64,000 nt of DNA from Selaginella moellendorffii (taxonomy: Eukaryota > Plantae > Lycopodiophyta): the NCBI RefSeq assembly GCF_000143415.4, contig NW_003314358.1, positions 382,731 through 446,730 of the forward strand, given 5' to 3'. This document shows positions 33,565-46,934 of this stretch, one piece after another. A program made the position numbers and the translations under genes. How positions within the stretch are numbered: position 1 is the first letter of the stretch; the number at the start of each line of letters is the position of its first letter. A model generated the notes under the pieces. The model saw only the letters and a program-made list of their open reading frames with translations, ran no database searches and was not told the origin of the DNA.

Positions 33565-35638
33565 CTACCGTATGTGAGTTCGTCCCAAGGACCAAATTCC
33601 TGTATTTCGAACAGCGCTCTGCTGCAACAAGAACTCTCAATCAGCCGTTTCAATCACGATCAATTGATGTACCTGAGACTTTGGACAAGGAAAAACATTC
33701 CAAAACCGTAATGTCTCGTCCCCCGCTCCGGTGACAATTGTCTACGAAGGTGAAGGAAGAAACACTGTCAGCTTGAAAAAATTCGCTGCAGCCGCGTACC
33801 TGGCCATCGGGAGAAATAGCAAGATATAGAACTCTGTAGGAGTGTCCCGTGAGAGTAGAAAGCTGGAGCAAAGAACACATTAAAAAGTCACAGAAGAACA
33901 CCAACTTACTTTTGACATGGCCGGGTATCTCCACACTATAATCTGATTCTGCGAATAGCCGTGGGTGCTAACAAGTTCATTTACATTCTTTGACCATACC
34001 AAGTTGCAAACCTGTGAAAAGAAGAGCACTAGAAACGAGGAAACACATAACAAATAACAAATCATACCTGACTACCAGTGTCAACACAGCTTAAATGTGT
34101 ACTCGTCCCCGTGTTCCAAAATCTTATACATCTATCCGCGGTACCGCCACCAGAAGCAAGCAAGCCATGCTGATGCGGCGACCAAGCAATGGCTTTTACT
34201 GCAGCGGTGTGCTCGCTAAACTTGAGAACTGGTTGAGTAGATAGTTGATTCCAAACAAAAAGCTGGAAAAACAAGCAGAGAGTAAAACAATACAATCATA
34301 TGGGATCCAAACCTGATTATCATTACCACCAGACGCAAGCTCACGGTCATCATAAGACCACTTGAGACCGCAAACCTGGGCAACACAGAAACCATTGAGA
34401 GAAATCATAGCAAGCATGTTTTAGAAGAAAGATCTGTCACACCTCAGACTTATGCCCGACAAGCCTGTTGACAAAATCCTCCGGGGCTCGTATATCTCGT
34501 TGCAATATGTTCCTATCACGACTGCCAGACGAGAGGACGTTTGAACTCCAAGCTAAGGTTCCGACTCTTGTTCGGTGACCTCCCATCGTCCTGACCTTTT
34601 TGCACCGTGTCGCGTCCCAAATCTGGAAAGAAAACAGAACTTCAAAAAGACAAGATAGCATTCAAGCCATACCTGAACTTCACCGAGGTTCGTTCCTACT
34701 GCTAGATACGTTCCGCGTTGCGTCCATCCAACCGAGCAAACACCATCGTTGGGACTTAAGTCACAAAGCTTCGTAACCTGTACAAGAAAGAAAACAAAGC
34801 TTCAAGATAGGAGTGGGAGAAAGCCTGAAACTTTACCTTGCTAGTGCATGCGCTCCAGAGATAGACGCACGGTCCAAGTCCCACAGCTAAAACATTGAGC
34901 GACGACCAATCCACCAAGTTTAAGTAAAAGTCGTCTTGAAGAGCAGGCGCGTCCAGCACCTGGAAAGAGGAAAAATCCAAGCATCAAACCAAGCGAACTC
35001 CCCCAAAAAGCTCCCACCTTGTAAGGAGACCTGGCGATCTTCCGCGGAGCCTTTCGCGGGCTAGTGACCGTTCCAGCAAGAGCAACATCCAGGCCAACCG
35101 GCGAGAGAGAAAATGGTGACTCGGGTGACGCGCAAGCTCCAGCACCGCCACGGTGCTCGTTCTTAAATCTGAACAAGTTCCTGGTCGGGCTCATCGGAGT
35201 TCTCGCAGAGTCCCTGGATGATCCCCCCAGGAGCTTCTCGGGCGTGCTTGGCACCATAGGCCCCCCGGGATCGCTGCCAAAGAGCTCCGTCCGGAGTAGC
35301 ATCGAGTAAGCAGCGGCGCTGTCCTCTCTAGTCTCGCTGCCGTGAGAGACATTACTCACGTTGGAAGAGGGCGACTTATCGAGCAGCGCAAAGCCTGTGA
35401 GGTTGGAGCTCGACCTGCTGGGGATGAAGCGATCACTATATGTGATTCTATTCACCTTGGGACTGGACGCCACCGCCGCGGCGCTCTCCACCTTGCCCGC
35501 ATTGAAGCCGGAGCTGGAGAAGACGAGGGATCGCCTCGCCGCGATCTTGGCCCTGGGTGACTCCGCCTCCAATCCCTTGATTTCCTCGGAGAAATCCTCG
35601 CAATCTTCCATCTCCGAGTCCATACGGACCCTCTTCAT
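33565..35638 (-). CDS. CCS52: APC/C activator CCS52/FIZZY-RELATED (Cdh1), multi-exon WD40 protein
   Basis: C-box [41 protein letters not shown] repeats ([35 protein letters not shown]); the last exon ends in the IR tail (GRTHIR*). Confidence 0.95.
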
Positions 35639-35831
35639 GTAGATCCCGGCGGTCTCACCTCGGCTGTGGGCGCGCCCGCGGCGCCAGCTCCTCCCTTCCT
35701 CTTCGCTCGCCCTAACCCTACGGGGGCTAGTGACGTGGCTTTCGCGCTATAATTTTGACGTGGCGGAGAAAGAATATTCCCCAAATATCACATTTTAGGG
35801 TTCCTGGGCCAAAAGGGGGGAAAAGCAAGAA
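35639..35831. promoter_or_regulatory. Probable bidirectional promoter CCS52/DNAAF1
   Basis: E2F consensus TTTCGCGC at 35740-35747, flanked by TGACGTGGC at 35731 and 35756; telo-box-like AACCCTA/TTAGGGTT; TATAAT at 35748. Confidence 0.6.
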
Positions 35832-37572
35832 ATGGGCTTTGATATGAGCCCGGTGGGCTTGAAGAAGCTGTGTCGGGAGAAGCGGCTGTAAGATCTTCGA
35901 TCGCAAGGATTCTTCTCATGGATTCCCTCTTTGTGTGTGGAATCTAGGTTTGCGAGTCTTCCAGAGCTTAACGAGGTTCTTCATCTCCATCACAGGGTAA
36001 TGAGGCATTTTCCACTGCTTGTACAGCTTTCACGTCTTTGTTCCAGGGCATAGTCGAGATTAAAGGCCTCGAAGAGTACACTGGATTAAAAACTCTCCAC
36101 CTCGAGTCGAATGGTATCTATCTTCCTTCTTTCTTCTCTTTTATTCTGAGAGGATTTCTTTGCAGCAATACTGAAGATCAAAGGTCTGGATTGCCTCATG
36201 AATCTTCGCTGCCTCTATTTAAACCAGGTAGAGCCTTTTAATTTTCGCAGTTCTAGTAAGAAACCACCTCGCGATAGAACGCTAGAGAATTTTTTTTTTT
36301 GTAGAACTTGCTCGAAGATGTGGAAGGACTTGATAAACTCCCCCGCTTGGAAGCACTCGATCTGGCAGATAATCAGGCACACAAGGATTCTTTTTCTTCG
36401 TTTGCTTTGTGAGTTTAATCACTGCTTTGCAGATCAAGTGCTTGAAAGGACTCTCTTGCTGCCAGTGCTTGCGTCAACTTAATCTTTCCGGAAACATGCT
36501 TTGCCTGGAGGAGGACGTCGCGCATCTCACAGTAAAGACCACACAAACCACTCGAAAACATAATCTCGCTCGTCCTTTCTTTCGCTAGAAATGCAAGAGC
36601 TTGCAGTCACTCGACATCTCCAGGAACAAACTTGACAACGAAGAGTCTCTCCAGGTGAAAGAAAATACAAGCTTGTCTTTTCTAATCACTCGGTTTCAGA
36701 TAATTCAATCGCTTCGTCTCACCCTCTTGAAAATGTCTGGAAATCCGATTGTATCAACGATACCATATTACCGGAAGCTTTGCCTCGTCCAAATGCCCAC
36801 GGTATACTTTTCCTTCACACTAGAGAGCGAGATTTCGATTTTAAGTTCGCAGCTTACGTACCTGGATGAATCTCCTGTCTCTGAGAACGAGCGTCGCCTG
36901 GCAAGAGCATGGACAGAAGGTGGAAACGAGGTAAGATCCATGGTGCTGATCAAAATCTACGAACGAAAAACCATTTTGTGCTGATCAGGAGGAGACATCA
37001 ATGCGGGAAACTATACGCAAGGAAGAAGCTCATCAGAGAGAGATCCATCGTCAAGGTACTGCCACCGTTTTGGAAGGATGGATGGTTCTTTAGCCATCTC
37101 TAGAGCAGCATTCGAAGCCATGATCGAGGAAGCGACGGCCGAGCTGGCCGAGAACGAGCGAAAGCAAAGAGAAGCGGCAGAAAGAACTCAAGAGGAGCGA
37201 GCCGAGGCAGCCGCAAGAGAAGAGCAGTTCCGAGCCGAGATTGCTGCGAGAGAGGAAGCAAAGAGGGGACAAGAGATCCAAGAGCAGCGGAGAGCCGAGC
37301 TAGCAGCGATGGAGGAGAAGCGAGCTGCCGAGCTTGTAGCAATGGAGGAGGAGCTAGCCGCGGAGCTTGCTGCGCGCGAGAAGAACTTGTCCGAGGAATG
37401 GATTCTAGAGCGGCTCGAGTGCGCTGACAAGGAGAGGAAGTTTAAGGAGGAGCTCCAGGAGCGCGTCTTGGAGCGAATGGCCCAAGACAAGAACGTCGCA
37501 AGGCCTATGCTCTGGGGAACCAAAGCTTACAAGAGTCTCTGGGAAATAGCAACTAATATAGAACAATCTTAA
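35832..37572 (+). CDS. DNAAF1: Axonemal dynein assembly factor 1 (ODA7/LRRC50)-like LRR protein, copy 1
   Basis: Spliced reading LKKLCREKRL..PELNEVLHLHHRG..IKGLEEYTGLKTLHLESN, SDS22-type LRRs, LRRcap GNPIV..YYRK..LTYLDESPV..ERRLARAW, then a coiled coil. Confidence 0.85.
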
Positions 37573-37871
37573 TCAATGGTTAAAGGAAACTTTACCCTAA
37601 AGGTTCTTTAGGGAAGTGTGTGCCATCTTGAAAATTTTGGATCGTGCTCGTGAAGTTTCTCTTCGTGTTTTTCTTCATCAAGACTCTTAGTTCTTGGTAA
37701 TCTTGTTAGTGTTTTCCTTGCAAAATCTTGGGAAAAGCGTCCTTCATGTACAAGATCCTGATTTGAGTGATAATCATGTAAAGGTGTTTTACATGCAAGT
37801 TATTTACAACATATATAATAATTCTTGAACACATCGTCCAGAATCTACACGTATTTTTTCGTGATCAATTA

Positions 37872-40308
37872 TCATGCTTGGTTCTCTAGCTGGTCCTAAA
37901 CTCGGGAAATAGAAAAGGAATAAACCAATGAGGAAACTCAATCTCACCTCATTGACAAATATCAAGTGGAAACCATAAGGAATCCTGACAGGGATCGAGA
38001 CCACAGCAACTGGATCGGCTGCCATTGTCTTCGCATCAATCACGACGGCCTCCGATTTGCTGGAAAAAAAAAAGAAAAAAAAAACATGAAAAAGCTTGAG
38101 CACACGAAGATGAACTCTCAACTTACCCCGCCCGTTCGTCGTAAACAAAAGAGATGAGGTAGCCATCGTCTTCATCCGCGTCCTTGTCGGAGCTCTTTGG
38201 AACAAACACCACCTCGGAGCCAAACCGGCGACTTCCATACATGAACTCCCCGACCACATTGCTCCCAACGGGATTACCACCATCCTTGGAGAGCTCGGGA
38301 TCCTTGTGGAGATCAAACTTCGCCACTCCTTTGATCCTCACTTGATCGTGGAAAACGGCAGCATACACGTAACGTTGCTTCCTGTGAAAGTACGAGATTT
38401 ATGGATGCAAACTCTCAAGAGAGCCTATAACCTTCCTATGTAGTTTTCGTTGATGCGAGGAAACTCCACCGCTGGCCCCTTTGAGAGTGGACGCTGCAAA
38501 GCAGCACCGCTCTTCATGTTGAACCGAAATTCGTAGCTGTGTCCAAGGATTTTGTGAGGAAAAGAGAGACTTGAAAAAGAAAAGAACTTACAGCTCGAGA
38601 ACATGATCGACATAGTCTTTCATGAGCTCCATGTCGAACTTTGGCATGCGGCAAGCAACGAGAACTACCTCGTCCCCGTCTTCCCACGCATTTGCTGCTT
38701 AGAATCAACAGGTCCAACGTTCTTGGAGAAACTGTGAGAATTCTAACCTGTGTGGAAAATATAACAAGATGGAAGATGAAACCAGCGCATCTGGCTGTCG
38801 CTGAGAGCATAACGAGGCAGCACTCCAAAGCGGGACTTCTTCGTGCTGTCAAACGAGATTATCATTTTTCCCTCACCCATGTTCTTTAAACCAGAATAAA
38901 TATATAAATAAATACGAAAGATGAGAGACTGTTTGTGTGTGTGATTGTCCCACCTTTGGTTTAAAAGGCACTGGAAGATCCATGAAAACTGCGTAGTTCT
39001 CCGTGATTGCAAAGTCGTGCATCATCACGGGGTCGGGGATGTTGATGCTTACCGGATCATGCAAAGTTCCATCTTTTGAAATGACGCGATAGATTACGTA
39101 TGGTGTTTGCTGTTGGTAACAGAAGAAAAACATCTCGCCTGAAGAAAAGTAAAAAAAGAAGAAGAAAAACTTGACTTTAGCTCGTAAGTTTGAATGAAAG
39201 AACTAACCTGTCACAGGGTCAACTTTGGGATGAGCAGTAACAGCGTGAGACAATCTTTTGTCATAGTCAAGCACGCCAATTGTCTCAAGGTTCCCATCGT
39301 CGAGCATTCGAATAGCATCTGACAAAAACAAAAATAATGTTTCCTACAAAGATAAAAACAAAGAGGAAACGAGCTTACATGGTTTGTCAGCCTCTAATAG
39401 TGCTAAAAGTTTCTTGTTGTGATACACCATGGCTGTGTTGGCTGCAAAGAGACGGAGAACACGATTAAATGAAAAATAAAAAAAGAAGTCTTCGTTTTAC
39501 CAGTTCCCATGCCATACTCTGCGTCCACAACACCGAGAGCAACTCGCAGCCGAAAAACATTCGCTAAGAAAATCCCAAGTATTCCTTTCAAGTCTCCCAG
39601 CTTCAAAGGCATTTCAGCTTCAAGAAAACCAAGAACCAAGGAAGAAAAACCATACACACCTTCAGGAAAGTTGGAGTTCCATAGAATTCCTCTTGCTTTA
39701 ACTTGGAGGTCTTCACGTAGCGAGAGACATAGTTTGCTTTCCCGTCCTTGATTCGCAGACCATGCAGCATTCTGGTTGAAACAAAGAACAAAGAAACTTG
39801 TAAGCCAACGCATGATAGAACTAAGAGGAAAACTTAAATACCCATCTCCGTCGAACCTACAAGTAAGATGGGGATAAAATGGAGAAGAAAAAACGAAAAA
39901 AACTACCACTTTCATACCAGTGGTAGCCTGCAGTAGGCTCGAATCTCGGATTTGGTCCAGTGCGCACGAATTCTCCATTCAAGCATTCCTGTAAAGAAAA
40001 GAACGAAAAAATCAAGACAATGCGAAGACAAATCTATTAAAAAAGCTTACCGGGAGAGTGCCAGTTACTGGCAAGTCCACAAATGGCCCAGACTCTCCAA
40101 CTGGCGCGAAGTTATCTTGAAGAAACAGGTTGGATTTGCTGGAAGCGCTGCTAAACAACTGGACGAGCAAAGCCTCGATCCCATCGCAAAGCTTGGCAGC
40201 AATCCTGGCTCCTATGCCCGGCGTTCTTGGCTGGACGATCCGGACGCCCAGGGGCAAGCTGCCCAGGAACTTATCTTGGCTCTCCTTGCGCAGTCTCTCG
40301 GTTCCCAT
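37872..40308 (-). CDS. CCD1: Carotenoid cleavage dioxygenase 1-like, copy 1, ~14 exons
   Basis: [66 protein letters not shown] and RIPYGFH. All four Fe-ligand His are present; no transit peptide. Confidence 0.92.
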
Positions 40309-40635
40309 CTCTCCCAAATGTTCTCTTTTTAGAGTTAGCGTGTGGCCGTTCATTTGGAAGCTTGTAGATTCGGATTGTAAACCAACTACAAAGAAGCACA
40401 AAAAGCTTCTTATCAAAGTTGATCTCAACCAGTCATCCTGAAGAACAATTTGCCACCGTTGGATGAGTAGTGCATGCCAAAATAAATTTTAGAAACGTAT
40501 AAACAACAAGAGAGGAGTGGGGACTACAACATTTGGATTTTTCTATTGGTGATGAGGTATAGCGCCACTTAATCGAAAATATCTTAAGCTTCGACATCAC
40601 TCCTTCCGAGACTTTTCGGAAATTCAATGACTCGG

Positions 40636-41070
40636 ATTCTATTCACCTTGGGACTGGACGCCACCGCAGCAGCACTCCCCGCATTGAAGCCGGAGATCGC
40701 GATCGCGACGACTGGGCCTCCAATCCCTTGATTTCCTTGGAGGACGGCGCGATAATTTTGACGTGGCGGAGAAAGAAAGCCAAATATCACATTTTAGGGG
40801 CGTGGTTGAAGAAGCTGTGTCAAGAGAAGCGGTTGTAAGTTCTTCGATCCAATCAAGGAGCAATACATTTCTCAGTGGAATTTCCTCTTTGTGTTTGTGG
40901 AAGCTTAACGAGGTTCTTGTAGGGCCAACTGTTTAGTTTGCGTCTTTGCTTCCAGGGTATAGGCCTCGAAGAGTACACTGGATTGGCATCTATTTCTCTT
41001 TTATTCTGAGAGGATTTCTTTGCAGCAATACTGAAGATCAAAGGTCTGGATTGCCTCGTGAATCTTCGCT
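40636..41070. pseudogene. Deleted copy of CCS52 exon 1 + shared promoter + DNAAF1 5' exons
   Basis: Matches 35445-35590 ([10 protein letters not shown]), 35748-35900 and 36045-36210, with internal deletions. Confidence 0.85.
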
Positions 41071-41250
41071 TTAGCTCGATTCATAAGATCGTCGGTTCTC
41101 CTTGGACAACGCCAACAGGAATCCACAGCCAAGCCAAGCACAAGCTGGGTACCTAATGTCACTGGAAGCGGGTTGATACATGGTTAAATGTATGGGTTTA
41201 TCGTGACGATCCGTCTGGATCGCTCACGTGGCTGTGTGCTGACGTGGTCT

Positions 41251-41984
41251 TGTTAGAGCTTGGAGGAAGATGGACAACACCGTTTCATAATAATACATGG
41301 TAGCGAACGATCTAATGGCAAGAGGACAGTGGCAGAGGAAGAATCAAAGGGACCAGGAACCCTTGGCTCGGGAGCGCGCGAGGGCTTTGGCAGTGCTGGT
41401 GGCCCAGCCTGCCGGAAGGTGTGCCTGTTGCGGCCGAGTTTTTCACGATTCCTTCTCCACGTCGTCCTTTCTAAATTCTCTGTTTAATCTATTCTTAGAT
41501 TAATAGAGAGAATGTCTTCTGCTAACGCAGCAGGAAATTCTTGGGATTCTGGAGGCTGGGAGAAACTTCTCCAAAAGTTCACGGGACAGAATTTCGCCAC
41601 TTGGAAAACAAAAATACAGCTTATCCTTTTTTGGCCAAGGATTGCTGGCCTAATGCAACCCAACGGCTCGACTGGGACGGGTTAGGTCTTGGGGATGAAT
41701 TCGTTCATCTCCTTGATCTTACCAAAACAGCCCACCAGAACTGGACATCCCTTACACAAATCTTCGCTGCAAAAGCTGCCAATGCTAAGGTGATGCTACG
41801 ATGAGAATGCAACCTGATGACACCATGGCCACTTACATTGGAAAGTTTAAAGCGATAATCACCGAGATGAAGGACTTGGAAGCAGCAATCACCATTGATC
41901 AAGCTAAGGCATTCCTTCTCAGCTCTGTCTCCCAACCTTTTGCATCGATGCTCTCGGCTGTGCCTGGAAAGGACTTGGACTCGT
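41251..41984 (+). mobile_element. Ty1/copia gag relic (possible LTR remnant ~41251-41504)
   Basis: KFTGQNFATWKTKIQLIL and RMQPDDTMATYIGKFKAIITEM..KAFLLSSV (UBN2-like); truncated at the junction with the DNAAF1 copy 2 promoter. Confidence 0.6.
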
Positions 41985-42067
41985 ATAATTTTGACGTGGC
42001 GGAGAAAGAATATTCCCCAAATATCACATTGTAGGGTTCCTGGGCTAAAAGGGGGGAAAAGCAAGAA

Positions 42068-43799
42068 ATGGGCTTTGATATGAGCCCGGCGGGCCTGAAG
42101 AAGCTGTGTCGGGAGAAGCGGCTGTAAGATCTTCGATCGCAAGGATTCTTCTCATGGATTTCCTCTTTGTGTCTAGGTATGCGAGTCTTCCAGAGCTTAA
42201 CGAGGTTCTTCATCTCCATCACAGGGTAATGTAGGGCATTTTCCACTGCTTATAGAGCTTTCGCGTCTTTGTTCCAGGGCATAGTCGAGATTAAAGGCCT
42301 CGAAGAGTACACTGGATTAAAAACTCTCCACCTCGAGTCGAACGGTATCTAGTTTTCTTCTTCTCTTTTATTCTGAGAGGATTTCTTTGCAGCAATACTG
42401 AAGATCAAAGGTCTAGATTGCCTCATGAATCTTCGCTGCCTCTATTTAAACCAGGTAGAGCGTTATAGTTTTCGCAGTTCTAGTAAGAAACCACCTCACG
42501 ATAGAACGCTAGAGAATGTTTTTCTTTTGTAGAACTTGCTCGAAGATGTGGAAGGACTTGATAAACTCCCCCGCTTGGAAGCACTCGATCTGGCAGATAA
42601 TCAGGCACACAAGGATTCTTTTTCTTCGTTTGCTTTGTGAGTTTAATCACTGCTTTGCAGATCAAGTGCTTGAAAGGACTCTCTTGCTGCCAGTGCTTGC
42701 GTCAACTTAATCTTTCTGGAACATGCTTTGCCAGGAGGAGAACGTCGCACATCTCACAGTAAAGACCACAAAACCACTGGACAACATAATCTCGCTCGTC
42801 CTTTCTTTCGCTAGAAATGCAAGAGCTTGCAGTCACTCAACATCTCCAGGAAGAAACTTGACAACGAAGAGTCTCTCCAGGTGAAAGAAAATACAAGCTT
42901 GTCTTTTCTAATCACTCGGTTTCAGATCATTCAATCGCTTTCTCTCACCCTCTTGAAAATGTCTGGAAATCCGATTGTATCAACGATACAACATTACCGG
43001 AAGTTTTGTCTCGTCCAAATGCCCACGGTATACTTTTCCTTCACCAGAGAGCGAGATTTCGATTTTAAGTTCGCAGCTTACGTACCTGGATGAAAGTCCT
43101 GTCTCTGAGAACGAGCGTCGCCTGGCAAGAGCATGGACAGACGGTGGAAACGAGGTAAGATCCATGGTGCTGATCAAAATCTACGAACGAAAAACCATTT
43201 TGTGCTGATCAGGAGGAGACATCAATGCGGGAAACTATACGCAAGGAAGAAGCCCATCAGAGAGAGATCCATCGTCAAGGTACTGCCACCGTTTTGGAAG
43301 GATGGATGGTTCTTTAGCCATCTCTAGAGCAGCATTTGAAGCCATGATCGAGGAAGCGACGGCCGAGCTGGCCGAGAACGAGCGAAAGCAAAGAGAAGCG
43401 GCAGAAAGAGCTCAAGAGGAGCGAGCCGAGGCAGCCGCAAGAGAAGAGCAGTGCCGAGCGGAGATTGCTGCGAGAGAGGAAGCGAAGAGGAGACAAGAGA
43501 TCCAAGAGCAGCGGAGAGCCGAGCTAGCAGCGAGGGAGGAGAAGAGAGCCGCCGAGCTTGTAGCGATGGAGGAGGAGCTAGCCGCGGAGCTTGCTGCGCG
43601 CGAGAAGAACTTGTCCGAGGAAGGGATTATAGAGCGGCTCGAGTGCGCTGACAAGGAGAGGAAGTTTAAGAAGGAGCTCCAGGAGCGCGTTTTGGAGCGA
43701 GTGGCCCAAGACAAGAACGTCGCAAGGCCTATGCTTTGGGGAACCAAAGGTTACAAGAGTCTCTGGGAAATAGCAACTAATATAGACGACTCTACTTAA
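42068..43799 (+). CDS. DNAAF1: DNAAF1/ODA7-like LRR protein, copy 2
   Basis: Near-identical exon/intron structure to 35832-37572; no obvious frameshift seen. Confidence 0.8.
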
Positions 43800-44132
43800 C
43801 AATCTTTTCTAGCCAATGGTGGAAGAAAACTTTCGTCCTCTGTGAAGTGTGTGTCATCTTTTAAATTTTAGAAGCGTTGTGAAGTTTTACTTTGCAAAAG
43901 GGGCCCGGATTTCTTCCTCTTAGTTCTTGGTAATCTTGTTAGTGTTTTTCCCAAGAGTGTCTTTCATATTCCAGGGACAGGTTTGGAACCCAAACCAAAC
44001 CAATGTCTTTTCGATCTCTCTACAAAACATAAGTTGTTTACAATTTATATAATAATAATTCAGAATCCACCATCGCGTTTGCCAAGTATACGTTTTTTTT
44101 TTCGTGATCAATTGTAAGTTTCTCAACAATAT

Positions 44133-46580
44133 TCATGCTTGGTTCCCTAGCTGATCCTAAACTCGGGAAATAAAAAAGGAATTAGGACGAGAAAACAAAT
44201 GAGGAAACTCAATCTCACCTCATTCACAAAAATCGAGTGGAAACCATAAGGAATCCTTACAGGGATCGAGACCACAGCAACTGGATCGGCTGCCATTGTC
44301 TTGGCATCAATCACGACTGCCTCCGATTTTCTGGAAGACAAAAAAAAACATGAAAAAGCTTGAGCACACGAAGATGAACTCTCATCTTACCCCGCCCCTT
44401 CGTCGTAAACAAAAGAGATGAGGTAGCCATCGTCTTCATCCGCGTCCTTGTCCGAGCTCTTTGGAACAAACACCGCCTCGGAGCCAAACCGGCGACCTCC
44501 ATACATGAACTCCCCGACCACATTGCTCCCAACGGGATTACCACCATCCTTGGAGAGCTCGGGATCCTTGTGGAGATCAAACTTCGCCACTCCTTTGATC
44601 CTCACTTGATCGTGGAAAACGGCAGCATACACGTAACGTTGCTTCCTGTGAAAGTACGAGATTTATGGATGCAAACTCTCAAGAGAGCCTATAACCTTCC
44701 TATGTAGTTTTCGTTGATGCGAGGAAACTCCACCGCTGGCCCCTTTGAGAGTGGACGCTGCAAAGCAGCACCGCTCTTCATGTTGAACCGAAATTCGTAG
44801 CTGTGTCCAAGGATTTTGTGAGGAAAAGAGAGACTTGAAAAAGAAAAGAACTTACAGCTCGAGAACATGATCGTCAGTGTCTTTCATGAGCTCCATGTCG
44901 AACTTTGGCATGCGGCAAGCAACGAGAACTACCTCGTCCCCGTCTTCCCACGCATTTGCTGCTTAGAATCAACAGGTCCAACGTTAGCACATTTGGAGAA
45001 AACTGTGAGAATTCTAACCTGTGTGGAAAATATAACAACTTGGAAGATGAAACCAGCGCATCTGGCTGTCGCTGAGAGCATAACGAGGCAGCACTCCAAA
45101 GCGGGACCTCTTCGTGCTGTCAAACGAGATTATCATTTTTCCCTCACCCATGTTCTGTAAACCAGAATAAATATATAAATAAATACGAAAGATGAGAGAC
45201 TGTTTGTGTGTGTGATTGTCCCACCTTTGGTTTAAAAGTCATTGGAAGATCCATGAAAATTGCGTAGTTCTCCGTGATTGCGAAGTCGTGCATCATCACG
45301 GGGTCGGGGATGTTGATGCTTACCGGATCATGCAAAGTTCCATCTTTCGAAATGACGCGATAGATTACGTATGGTGTTTGCTGTTGGTAACAGAAGAAAA
45401 ACATCTCGCCTGAAGAAAAGTGAAAAAAAGAAGAAGAAAAGCTTGACTTTAGCTTGTAAGTTGGAATGAAAGAACTAACCTGTCACAGGGTCAACTTTGG
45501 GATGAGCAGTAACAGCGTGAGACAATCTTTTGTCATAGTCAAGCACGCCAATTGTCTCAAGGTTCCCATCTTCGAGCATTCGAATAGCATCTGACAAAAA
45601 CAAAAATAATGTTTCCTACAAAGATAAAAACAAAGAGGAAACGAGCTTACATGGTTTGTCAGCCTCTAATAGTGCTAAAAGTTTCTTGTTGTGATACACC
45701 ATGGCTGTATTGGCTGCAAAGAAACGGAGAATACGATTAAATGAAATAAGAAAAAAAAAAAGTCTTCGTTTTACCAGTTCCCATGCCATATTCTGCGTCC
45801 ACGACACCGAGAGCAACTCGCAGCCGAAAAACATTCGCTAAGAAAATCCCAAGTATTCCTTTCAAATCTCCCACCTTCAAAGGGATTTCAGCTTCAACAA
45901 AACCAAGAACCAAGGAAGAAAAACCATACACACCTTCAGGAAAGTTGGAGTTCCATAGAATTCCTCTTGTTTTAACTTGGAGGTCTTCACGTAGCGAGAG
46001 ACATAGTTTGCTTTCCCGTCCTTGATTCGCAGACCATGCAGCATTCTGGTTGAAACAAAGAACAGAGAAACTTGTAAGCCAACGCATGATAGAACTAAGA
46101 GGAAAAACTTAAATACCCATCTCCGTCGAACCTACAAGTAAGATGGGGATAAAATGGAGAAGAACAAACGAAAAAAAAAACATTCATACCAGTGGTAGCC
46201 TGCAGTAGGCTCGAATCTCGGATTTGGTCCAGTGCGCACAAATTCTCCATTCAAGCATTCCTGTAAAGAAAAGAACGAAAAAATCAAGACAATGCGAAGA
46301 CAAATCCATTAAAAAAGCTTACCGGGAGAGCGCCAGTTACTGGCAAGTCCGCAAATGGCCCAGACTCTCCAACCGGCGCGAAGTTCTCTTGAAGAAACAG
46401 GTTGGATTTGCTGGAAGCGCCGCTAAACAACTGGACGAGCAAAGCCTCGATCCCATCGCAAAGCTTGGCAGCAATCCTGGCTCCTATGCCCGGCGTTCTT
46501 GGCTGGACGATCCGGACGCCCAGGGGCAAGCTGCCCAGGAACTTATCTTGGCTCTCCTTGCGCAGCCTCTCGGTTCCCAT
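44133..46580 (-). CDS. CCD1: Carotenoid cleavage dioxygenase 1-like, copy 2
   Basis: Colinear with 37872-40308, same motifs, frame apparently intact. Confidence 0.9.
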
Positions 46581-46934
46581 CCCTCCCAAATTTTTTCTTT
46601 CCTGCCGTAAAGAACCACGGCCTTCCAACTAGTTAGTGGCCGCCCATTTCGACGCTTGTAGATTCGAAGCCAGTGACTGTGGCTGTGGAATCACCGCGTG
46701 GCCGGATTTGCCACCGTTGGATGAGTAGCGCAAACACTCCCGCCAGAATAAGTTTTAAAAACGTAGGACAAGTTAACATCAACACAAGAGATGAGAACGG
46801 GGACGACAGCACTTGGATTTTTCTATTGCTGATGAGGTCTTGGTGTACATTGCTCCACTTAATCGAGAATATCCTAAGCTTCGACCTTGCTACTTTGGTC
46901 CTTTTCGAGATTTTTCGGAAATTCAATGACTCGG

